Shown: piece by piece, positions 1-6,834 of the stretch
Layout: every line of letters begins with the position of its first letter
How positions within the stretch are numbered: the first letter of the stretch is position 1
Source of the DNA: an uncultured Verrucomicrobiota bacterium
Lineage (GTDB): Bacteria > Verrucomicrobiota > Kiritimatiellia > RFP12 > UBA3636
NCBI GenBank assembly: GCA_937911295.1
Contig: CALDQE010000026.1
Coordinates: 3,324 to 67,323, forward strand
Direction: 5' to 3'
Length of the DNA stretch: 64,000 bases
Notes under the pieces: generated by a model
What the model saw: the letters and a program-made list of their open reading frames with translations, nothing else
Database searches by the model: none
Told to the model about the DNA's origin: nothing
Translations under genes and position numbers: made by a program

Positions 1-758
1 ATGTTTTTGAATTGGGTGCGGAGGTTTCCTTTAAGGCATTCTCAATATGGAGAGATAATCGTGGCTTTACATGGCGTCACATTGTTGAGCCTTATACAGA
101 TATAACCTTTATACCAGAGCCAAATTTGTTGCCTGATGAGATTTATCAATTTGATGATATTGATGAAATTGAGGAAAGCAAAACCATTAGATTAGGTTTG
201 AGAAATAGATGGCAATATAAGTCAAATGCACAAGAGGCAAAGGTTAGAGAATTGCTATATGTTGATTTGTATGCAGACTTTAATATGGATACCGAAGAGG
301 ATGAAGATGAATTTAAATCTTTAAATCTTGATTTACGCTTCCAGCCAATTTCTTGGATGCGCTTAAGTGTTGAAGGAGAATATGAGCAAGAGCAATCAGA
401 GGTGACAGAGGCTTTGTTCCGCTTGAATGTATGGCATGATGCGTTTAAGGCAAATGTATTTTACCGCTATCTAGTAGAAGAAAGCAGCCTTGTTAGTGGT
501 GTTTTGACTTGGAATGTAAGCCCAGAGTGGGCATTGAGTGTATATGGTAGATACGAGTATGAGACCTCGCGAGTTGAGGAGGTTGGTACTTGGATCCAGC
601 GTAAACTTGATTGTCTCGCTTATCGTATTTATTTAACATACGAGCCAAGCTATACCCACTTAGATGGAAGGGAAGAGGAAGAGGATTTGAAGGTGTCATT
701 TATTCTTTGGTTAACAGGCTTTGAGCCAGATAATCTAAGAGAATTGGATGATAGATAA
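1..758 (+). CDS. lptD: LPS-assembly outer-membrane protein LptD-like, C-terminal fragment (5' end lies outside the window)
   Basis: The frame is open from the window edge to TAA at 756-758. The tail (IYQFDDIDEIEESKTIRLGLRNRWQYK ... LDCLAYRIYLTYEP ... VSFILWLTGF) resembles the LptD/OstA C-terminal barrel pattern from memory. Confidence 0.55.
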   Translation, partial: VFELGAEVSFKAFSIWRDNRGFTWRHIVEPYTDITFIPEPNLLPDEIYQFDDIDEIEESKTIRLGLRNRWQYKSNAQEAKVRELLYVDLYADFNMDTEEDEDEFKSLNLDLRFQPISWMRLSVEGEYEQEQSEVTEALFRLNVWHDAFKANVFYRYLVEESSLVSGVLTWNVSPEWALSVYGRYEYETSRVEEVGTWIQRKLDCLAYRIYLTYEPSYTHLDGREEEEDLKVSFILWLTGFEPDNLRELDDR

Positions 759-801
759 TTTTTTGGTTGAAAACAATTAAGAGAAAAGGTAATAAGAAGA
801 A

Positions 802-2070
802 ATGCTCAATAGAAAACTTCAAGGGATATTAGCTATTTGTTGTGTGGCAGGTATTAGTTTTGGTGCTAATGCATGGGATAAGTATGTTACGGTAAAAAAG
901 GCAGAGGAAAAGGTTGCTCCTTCAAAAACTGTTTCTCCAGTGAGTATTCCAGTTTCAGATGCAAAAGCTACTGCTGGCTACAATAAATATGTGACACGCA
1001 AGACTTCTACTCCTGCAAAACCAGCTACAACGCCAGTGGTAAATGTTCAGCAGCAGCCAGTACAGCAGCCTACTTCCGAACAAGCATACCAGCCAGAAAT
1101 TGTAGCTCCTTATCAGATGGATGCTGAACCTTTGCCAGTACCAATACATGAACAAACTCGTGATCAGGCTCAACAACAGCTCCAAAAGCAGCAAGCTCAA
1201 GCTTCATATCAACAGCAAGATGAATGGAATGATGCGTCTTTTTCTAATGACAATTCAGGTGTTTCTTATTCAAAAACTCACTCCCAGTGGTTTGATAATG
1301 ATATTCGCCCAGTATTTTATGTGCGTGGTGGATTAATTGATGAAACTCAATTTGGTGATTATGGGGCAACAGAAATTGCAATTGCAGATATTCGTGCAAG
1401 ATTGTTCAAGGTTACAGACTTCCTACCAGGTGGTTCACTAGATGCATGGCTATTTGCTGATGGTATGTATTTTATTGATAATCCTGGAATGTCTGCACTG
1501 CCAGACGCTCTTTTAGCCGCTGGTCTAGATTTGGGCCTATGGTGGCGCTTTACAAATGGCTTCTCGTGGGAGCTACGTGGTGCACCTGGTATTTATTCCG
1601 ACCCAACAGCACCTGAGTTTTCTTGCACAGGTACATTGAATTTGCATTATACGGTTTCAGAAAACTTCTGCCTTGTTTTAGGTGCGACATATCGCCCAGA
1701 ATGGGATATGGAAATCTTCCCTAATGTTGGCTTTATTTGGCAGCCAAGTGATTTATTCCGTCTGCATGCAGCATTGCCAGAATCTCGTGTTGATTTATTC
1801 CCTCGCCATATTTTTAATTTCTTTGGAACATTGGCATGGGATAACACAACCTATTGGCTGGACAATGATGAAGATTTGCCAGGAACAGTAACCTTTGATG
1901 CAATTCGTGCATCGGTTGGAGCAACAATAACCTTGTTTGATGATTTGGAGCTTACTGCAGAAATGGGAACACATCTTCAGCATGAGCTCAAGGGAGATGT
2001 TAAGGGAGAAGATACAATTGAGCTAGATAAAGCAACATTTATCCGAGCATCAATTGGTAATCGCTTCTAA
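802..2070 (+). CDS. hypothetical outer-membrane beta-barrel protein with Q/P-rich N-terminal linker
   Basis: 422-aa ORF with a signal-peptide-like N-terminus (LAICCVAGISFGANA) and a Q/P-rich low-complexity stretch. The C-terminal half has alternating strands and ends in a terminal Phe (IGNRF). A strong terminator follows. Confidence 0.6.
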   Translation: MLNRKLQGILAICCVAGISFGANAWDKYVTVKKAEEKVAPSKTVSPVSIPVSDAKATAGYNKYVTRKTSTPAKPATTPVVNVQQQPVQQPTSEQAYQPEIVAPYQMDAEPLPVPIHEQTRDQAQQQLQKQQAQASYQQQDEWNDASFSNDNSGVSYSKTHSQWFDNDIRPVFYVRGGLIDETQFGDYGATEIAIADIRARLFKVTDFLPGGSLDAWLFADGMYFIDNPGMSALPDALLAAGLDLGLWWRFTNGFSWELRGAPGIYSDPTAPEFSCTGTLNLHYTVSENFCLVLGATYRPEWDMEIFPNVGFIWQPSDLFRLHAALPESRVDLFPRHIFNFFGTLAWDNTTYWLDNDEDLPGTVTFDAIRASVGATITLFDDLELTAEMGTHLQHELKGDVKGEDTIELDKATFIRASIGNRF

Positions 2071-2071
2071 T

Positions 2072-2105
2072 AAAAAAAGGTGTGCAAATCGCACACCTTT
2101 TTTAT
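2072..2105 (+). terminator. rho-independent terminator
   Basis: Stem GGTGTGC (2079-2085) pairs with GCACACC (2091-2097) around loop AAATC. It is flanked by an A-run and a T-run, so it could act in both directions. Confidence 0.75.
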
Positions 2106-2127
2106 TGTCACTAATGCTGCATTAAGT

Positions 2128-2271
2128 CCCCACACGGATGTTCAAGTATGCCTTACACGGATAACTTAAGCACACAAATGTTATTGCAATATTCGTGTTC
2201 CCTTTATTTGTGCATATTCGTGTTTTTGTCGTTGTTACACAAGCATAGTAGTGTATCTATCCGTGTACGGG
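2128..2271. repeat. inverted-repeat-bounded ~145-bp non-coding element (MITE-like)
   Basis: CCCCACACGGAT (2128-2139) is inverted against ATCCGTGTACGGG (2259-2271). A further CACGGAT copy sits at 2156-2162, and ATATTCGTGTT occurs twice inside. Confidence 0.3.
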
Positions 2272-2345
2272 AAGCGAGTGCTGACGCACCAAAACCGCAA
2301 GCTGGATGGCTTCGCCACCAACAGGGGTAAAGAAATAATAAGTTA

Positions 2346-2374
2346 TATCGTAGGGTTGGGGCTCTGTCCCCAAC
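2346..2374. repeat. dispersed hairpin module, copy 1 (TATCGTAGGGTTGGGGCTCTGTCCCCAAC)
   Basis: Near-identical 29-mer at 39397-39425 and a degenerate inverted copy at 57492-57519. The core GTTGGGG/CCCCAAC forms a 7-bp stem. Confidence 0.8.
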
Positions 2375-2523
2375 ACTCTAGGAAACTCACTCTGCGTATG
2401 CTCTACGTCTCTGTGGTAATTCTTCGCACTTTTTTATTAACCACGAAAACAGCAATACTATAGGAATGCGTTGTATTTAGTTTGGATTTAAAAAATCCGG
2501 ATAAGCGTGGTATCCTTACTCAG

Positions 2524-2552
2524 TTGAATTTATTGCTACAATATGCTAAAAT
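2524..2552 (+). promoter_or_regulatory. candidate sigma-70 promoter for the wzm/wzt operon
   Basis: TTGAAT (2524-2529), a 17-nt spacer, then TAAAAT (2547-2552), about 40 nt upstream of the ATG at 2595. Confidence 0.35.
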
Positions 2553-2594
2553 TATCACAAATTTTAGTGAATCTTAATAAGTGAATTTTGCTTT

Positions 2595-3434
2595 ATGGTT
2601 ACAATTCAGCCAACAAAAAATATTTTTAAAATAAATGTTAAAGAGCTTATCGAGTATCGCGATTTGCTGATGCTTCTCGTAAAGCGCGATTTAACTGTTA
2701 TCTATAAGCAGACGATTTTAGGTCCAGTATGGTTCCTTATCCAACCTCTAATTACAACTATTGTTTTTACGGTAATCTTTGGCAGAGTAGCTAATATCTC
2801 AACAGATGGGCTACCCCATATGGTTTTCTATATGAGCGGAATTGTAATTTGGAACTATGCTCAAGGTGTAATGAATACAGCTGGTAATTCATTAGCAACA
2901 AATTCTGCAATGCTCTCAAAGGTGTATTTTCCCCGGTTAATTATTCCGTTGTCTGGGGTGGTCTCAAATTTGGTTTACCTTGGATTGAATTTGTTAATGT
3001 TTCTTGCTTTCTATTTCTATTATTATTTTACACAGACAGGAAGCACTCAATTTGGCCCGTCCTGGTGGCTACTTGCATTCCCAATAGTTGTGCTTTATAC
3101 AGCAATTGTCGGGCTTGGAATCGGCTTGTGGATTGCTTCTATTACCACCAAATACCGTGACTTCCGGTTTATGCTTCCTTTTATCGTACAAGTGTGGATG
3201 TATGTTACACCAATTATTTATCCTGCTAATGTTGTTGTTAATCCACTCTATCGTGCAATTATTTGGATTAACCCTGTATCAATAGCAGTTGAAGCAAATC
3301 GTTTTATGTTTACTGGACATACCTCTCTTGATAGTACAGGAATAATAATCGGATGTATCTCTTCATTGTTGTTTTTCTTTACGGGACTGGCAATGTTCAA
3401 TAAAGTTCAAAGAAATTTTGTAGATGTTATTTAA
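2595..3434 (+). CDS. ABC-2 type polysaccharide/O-antigen export permease (Wzm/TagG/KpsM-like)
   Basis: 279-aa multi-pass membrane protein placed directly upstream of a Wzt/TagH-type ATPase. The N-terminal YRDLLMLLVKRDLTVIYKQTILGPVWFLIQP is the typical ABC-2 signature region. Confidence 0.8.
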   Translation: MVTIQPTKNIFKINVKELIEYRDLLMLLVKRDLTVIYKQTILGPVWFLIQPLITTIVFTVIFGRVANISTDGLPHMVFYMSGIVIWNYAQGVMNTAGNSLATNSAMLSKVYFPRLIIPLSGVVSNLVYLGLNLLMFLAFYFYYYFTQTGSTQFGPSWWLLAFPIVVLYTAIVGLGIGLWIASITTKYRDFRFMLPFIVQVWMYVTPIIYPANVVVNPLYRAIIWINPVSIAVEANRFMFTGHTSLDSTGIIIGCISSLLFFFTGLAMFNKVQRNFVDVI

Positions 3435-3455
3435 TTTTAAGGTAGATTTAATGCT

Positions 3456-4688
3456 ATGGCAGAGACAATAATATCAGTAGAAAATATCAGCAAGCATTAT
3501 CGACTAGGCGTAATTGATAGAAAAACCTTTGGTGAAGAGTTTCGCTATTTTTTTAAAAAGCTATTCCGAAGAAAATTAGACGATTTTATTCGTATTGGTG
3601 ATGAAGGTCGCTTGGGTGCTAAGGGTTTGTTTAAGGCATTAGATAATGTGTCATTCACGGTAGAGAAGGGCGATGTAATTGGATTAATAGGCACTAATGG
3701 TTCGGGTAAATCAACTCTTCTGAAGGTGCTAACTCGGATTACAGAACCAACCTCGGGTCGTGCCACATTGAATGGACGCGTTGGGTCGCTTCTTGAGGTA
3801 GGAACGGGCTTTCATCCAGATTTAACTGGGCGAGAGAATATTTATCTTTCTGGTGCTGTTCTTGGTATGCAGAAGCATGAGATTGATGCTAAATTTAATG
3901 AAATTGTTGAGTTTTCCAATATTTCAGATTTTCTCGATACGCCTGTAAGAAGATATTCTTCTGGAATGTATGTCCGACTTGGCTTCGCGGTAGCTGCTCA
4001 CCTTGAACCAGAAATTCTTTTAATTGATGAGGTGCTGGCTGTTGGAGATGCCGAATTTCAAAAGAAGTGCCTTGCAAAGATGGACGATATTGCAAAAGGT
4101 GGGCGAACAATTATATTTGTCTCGCATAATATGAATGCCGTTCGTGAGCTGTGTAATAAATGCGTTTGGTTGAAGGATGGTAAGGTCATCGCACAAGGTC
4201 CTTCTGAAAAAATCGTTGATGAATATCTTAGAGCATCAATATCATCCTCGGGTGTTTTCCCAATTGTCGCACCAATCGATCCAGTACAGGTAGATATGGT
4301 CCGTTATTATTTTGATAATGATGATTTGATAATAGAAAATGAAGTCTCAACACATAGTGAAATCCCAAAGCTAGAAATTCAAAATATAATAAAAACAGCT
4401 TCTGGCGAAACTGTTGTAAAGGCAAATGATTACAATACTGGGTTTATATTGGAACGATTAAATGGGTCTGCTACAGTTGTTGCTCGTTTCCCAGAATTTA
4501 GGAAATATGTAAATAACGGGAGCTATTATGTTGACTTGAATGTTAATAATCCGCACATTCGTGTGTTATTAACTAGAAGTAAAGTCTTGGAAGTTATTGT
4601 AGATGATAAGCCTGTAATAAATGGTCAAGATTGTAGTATGGTTAATTTTGGTGTATTAAATATTAAACCTTCTTTTTCAAAAAAATAA
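3456..4688 (+). CDS. ABC transporter ATP-binding protein, Wzt/TagH-like, with extra C-terminal (glycan-binding-type) domain
   Basis: Walker A GTNGSGKST, signature YSSGM, Walker B LLIDEVLAVGD. About 160 extra C-terminal residues, as in Wzt. Confidence 0.85.
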   Translation: MAETIISVENISKHYRLGVIDRKTFGEEFRYFFKKLFRRKLDDFIRIGDEGRLGAKGLFKALDNVSFTVEKGDVIGLIGTNGSGKSTLLKVLTRITEPTSGRATLNGRVGSLLEVGTGFHPDLTGRENIYLSGAVLGMQKHEIDAKFNEIVEFSNISDFLDTPVRRYSSGMYVRLGFAVAAHLEPEILLIDEVLAVGDAEFQKKCLAKMDDIAKGGRTIIFVSHNMNAVRELCNKCVWLKDGKVIAQGPSEKIVDEYLRASISSSGVFPIVAPIDPVQVDMVRYYFDNDDLIIENEVSTHSEIPKLEIQNIIKTASGETVVKANDYNTGFILERLNGSATVVARFPEFRKYVNNGSYYVDLNVNNPHIRVLLTRSKVLEVIVDDKPVINGQDCSMVNFGVLNIKPSFSKK

Positions 4689-4697
4689 TTTTAGATA

Positions 4698-5789
4698 ATG
4701 GTAATTGTTATGAAAGAGCAAAATATACGTCTCCCAGGTATTGATAATACAAATATTAATGATATACATTTGCTAAAAACACCAACTCAAATTCGTGATA
4801 TGCTTCCCCAAACGGAGCTCACAAGAAGTCAGGTTGCAGAGGGGCGAGCATCAATTGAAAGAATTTTGGATTGCCTAGACAATCGATTTATTATAATTAC
4901 TGGACCTTGCTCTTTACATAATATCGATGAGGCAAAGGAATATGCACGTAGACTAAAGGAATTGTCAAATAAGGTTAAAGACAAGCTTCTTATTGTTATG
5001 CGTGTATATTTTGAGAAGCCACGCTCGGTATTAGGCTGGAAGGGATTGATAAATGATCCTTATCTGGATGATACTTTTCGTATGGAGGAGGGAATAGTTA
5101 CTGCAAGAAGATTCTTATTAGATTTGGCAGAAATAGGATTGCCAGCAGCAACAGAAATTCTTGATACATTAACCCCACAATATATTGGTGATTTAATTTC
5201 TTGGACAGCAATTGGTGCTCGCACAGCTGAGGCTCAAACCCATAGAGAAATTGCAAGTGGTTTGTCTACACCTGTTGGATTTAAGAATGCGACAGATGGT
5301 TCTCTGGGTGCTGCAATTAATGGAGTGCGTGCATCTCTTGGTTCTCATCATTTTCTTGGAGTAACAGATGATGGTTTGCCTGCTGTTTTCTGCACTTCTG
5401 GCAATCGTTATGCACATGTTGTTTTGCGCGGTGGTAAGCGTCCAAATTATGATGAGGTTTCTATTCTTGAGTGTGAGGAAGCTCTTGAGGCAGCACATTT
5501 GCCTAAACGAATAATTGTTGATTGTAGTCATGGTAATTCTTTGAAAAAGCCTGAACGTCAAAAGATAGTTGTTCATAGTATTCTTGGTCAAATTGAAAAT
5601 GGCAACACATCAATTTGTGGATATATGCTTGAGAGTAATCTAGAATATGGTTCACAACCAATCACTGCTGATAAATCAAAGCTTCGTTATGGGGTATCTG
5701 TTACAGATGCATGTATAGGCTGGGCAGAGACAGAAGAACTGATTATGGAAACATATACTAGGTTGAAGAATTGTTCTCAGCCATATTGA
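4698..5789 (+). CDS. aroG: 3-deoxy-7-phosphoheptulonate (DAHP) synthase, class I
   Basis: Motifs IITGPCSLHN, VMRVYFEKPRSVLGWKGLINDP and IVDCSHGNS. The start could be the ATG at 4710 instead. Confidence 0.9.
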   Translation: MVIVMKEQNIRLPGIDNTNINDIHLLKTPTQIRDMLPQTELTRSQVAEGRASIERILDCLDNRFIIITGPCSLHNIDEAKEYARRLKELSNKVKDKLLIVMRVYFEKPRSVLGWKGLINDPYLDDTFRMEEGIVTARRFLLDLAEIGLPAATEILDTLTPQYIGDLISWTAIGARTAEAQTHREIASGLSTPVGFKNATDGSLGAAINGVRASLGSHHFLGVTDDGLPAVFCTSGNRYAHVVLRGGKRPNYDEVSILECEEALEAAHLPKRIIVDCSHGNSLKKPERQKIVVHSILGQIENGNTSICGYMLESNLEYGSQPITADKSKLRYGVSVTDACIGWAETEELIMETYTRLKNCSQPY

Positions 5790-5963
5790 AGGTAGTGCAG
5801 CTTCTTCTATTGCTAGAGATGTGATTATATAGAATTGAGGCTTGAAGTCGGGTGTAGCATGGATATGTAAATGTAACATTACACGACTAAACACACCTAA
5901 AGAGGTGCATTTACTTATGCAAATTACAATTTTGCAAGCCTTGATAGCAATAAAAACAAATTC

Positions 5964-5992
5964 TTGAATGTCGCTGAGTTTTTTGGTAAATT
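5964..5992 (+). promoter_or_regulatory. candidate promoter for tRNA-Ser
   Basis: TTGAAT (5964-5969), a 17-nt spacer, then TAAATT (5987-5992), about 15 nt before the tRNA 5' end. Confidence 0.3.
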
Positions 5993-6008
5993 TATCTACA
6001 CATTTTTC

Positions 6009-6100
6009 GGAGGGATGACAGAGCTTGGTTGAATGTACCTGACTCGAAATCAGGAGTGCGAGTAATCGTACCGGGGGTTCGAATCCCTCTCCCTCCGCCA
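6009..6100 (+). tRNA. tRNA-Ser (anticodon CGA)
   Basis: Acceptor GGAGGGA pairs with TCCCTCC, followed by G-CCA. Anticodon stem CCTGA/TCAGG with loop CTCGAAA. Long variable arm and T-loop GGTTCGAATCC. Confidence 0.93.
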
Positions 6101-6105
6101 CTCAA

Positions 6106-6153
6106 CTCTACAACTATCAAACTATAAAACTCTACAACTATCAAACTGTAAAA
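6106..6153 (+). repeat. 24-nt tandem repeat x2 (CTCTACAACTATCAAACTrTAAAA), G-poor
   Basis: Units at 6106-6129 and 6130-6153 differ at one base. The tract 6101-6178 contains only two G residues. Confidence 0.9.
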
Positions 6154-6178
6154 CTATAAAACTATCAATAATTGAATA

Positions 6179-6360
6179 AGTTTGACAGTGTGCGAGTTTG
6201 AAAGTTTGACAGTTAGATAGTTAAGAGTGAAAAGTTAAATAGTAAATAATTCAATATTGCAGAGTTTGACAGTGTGCGAGTTTGAAAGTTTGACAGTTAG
6301 ATAGTTAAGAGCGAAAAGTTAAATAGTGAATAATTCAATAATTGCAGAGTTTGATAGTGG
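6179..6360 (+). repeat. 84/85-bp tandem repeat x2 plus a partial third unit, C-poor
   Basis: Units at 6179-6262 and 6263-6347 differ at 3 positions. A third unit starts at 6348. The motif AGTTTGAyAGT is the reverse complement of the motif in 6106-6153. Confidence 0.9.
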
Positions 6361-6391
6361 AAAATTTGAGCGTTTTCAAGAAAGGGAAGCA

Positions 6392-6760
6392 ATGACAAAC
6401 GGAGAATTCAAGGTTGAACTTGAAAAACGCACCGTCGCTTTTTCTGTTGCTGTTCTGCAAATACTACGCAAAATCCCCGTCGGAATTGAGTCGCGTAATA
6501 TAAAAGACCAGCTTGTCCGCTCGGCAACCGCTATTGGTGCAAATTACCGTGAAGCGAATCGGGCAGAATCAAAAAGTGATTTTCTGCATAAGATATCCGT
6601 TGTTGCTAAAGAAGCATCAGAAAGCGAATATTGGCTTTTGCTACTGAAGGAATTATATCCAAACATATCAGAAATATCGCAAATCTTGATTGAGGCAAGG
6701 GAGCTTTTGTGCATTTTTGACAAAATCCGAGCAACAATGCGTAACAAGGATAAACAATAA
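6392..6760 (+). CDS. four-helix-bundle protein (23S rRNA intervening-sequence protein / Avd-like family)
   Basis: LVRSATAIGANYREANRAESKSDFLHKISVVAKEASESEYWLLLL is the hallmark of this family. The ATG at 6392 is preceded by AGGGAAG. The longer ORF from GTG 6326 would start inside the tandem repeat. Confidence 0.85.
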   Translation: MTNGEFKVELEKRTVAFSVAVLQILRKIPVGIESRNIKDQLVRSATAIGANYREANRAESKSDFLHKISVVAKEASESEYWLLLLKELYPNISEISQILIEARELLCIFDKIRATMRNKDKQ

Positions 6761-6762
6761 GG

Positions 6763-6834
6763 ATTTTCATTCTTCACTAACAATTCTTCATTCTTCACTA
6801 ACAATTCTTCATTATTCACTATTCATTATATATT
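6763..6834 (+). repeat. G-free 21-nt periodic repeat (TTCATTCTTCACTAACAATTC x2 plus a degenerate unit)
   Basis: Units at 6766-6786 and 6787-6807 are identical. There is no G between 6763 and the ATG at 6835. The tract fills the whole intergenic spacer. Confidence 0.9.

Noticed and set aside
2148-2463. 60-aa and 70-aa ORFs in the 2.1-2.5 kb gap.
   Set aside because: They overlap the inverted-repeat and hairpin modules, lack ribosome-binding sites, and have unusual composition. The region is more plausibly non-coding repeat DNA.
5193-5591. 132-aa antisense ORF inside aroG. The same applies to 18790-19191 inside the 3D-domain gene and 29333-29746 inside the HAD-IIA gene.
   Set aside because: Each lies entirely within a well-supported gene on the opposite strand, and their composition is not protein-like.
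5676-6101. 141-aa ORF on the minus strand (MAEGEGFEPPVRL...).
   Set aside because: It runs antisense across tRNA-Ser. The GFEPP peptide is the usual artefact of translating a tRNA T-arm in reverse. The rest covers the aroG 3' end and non-coding DNA.
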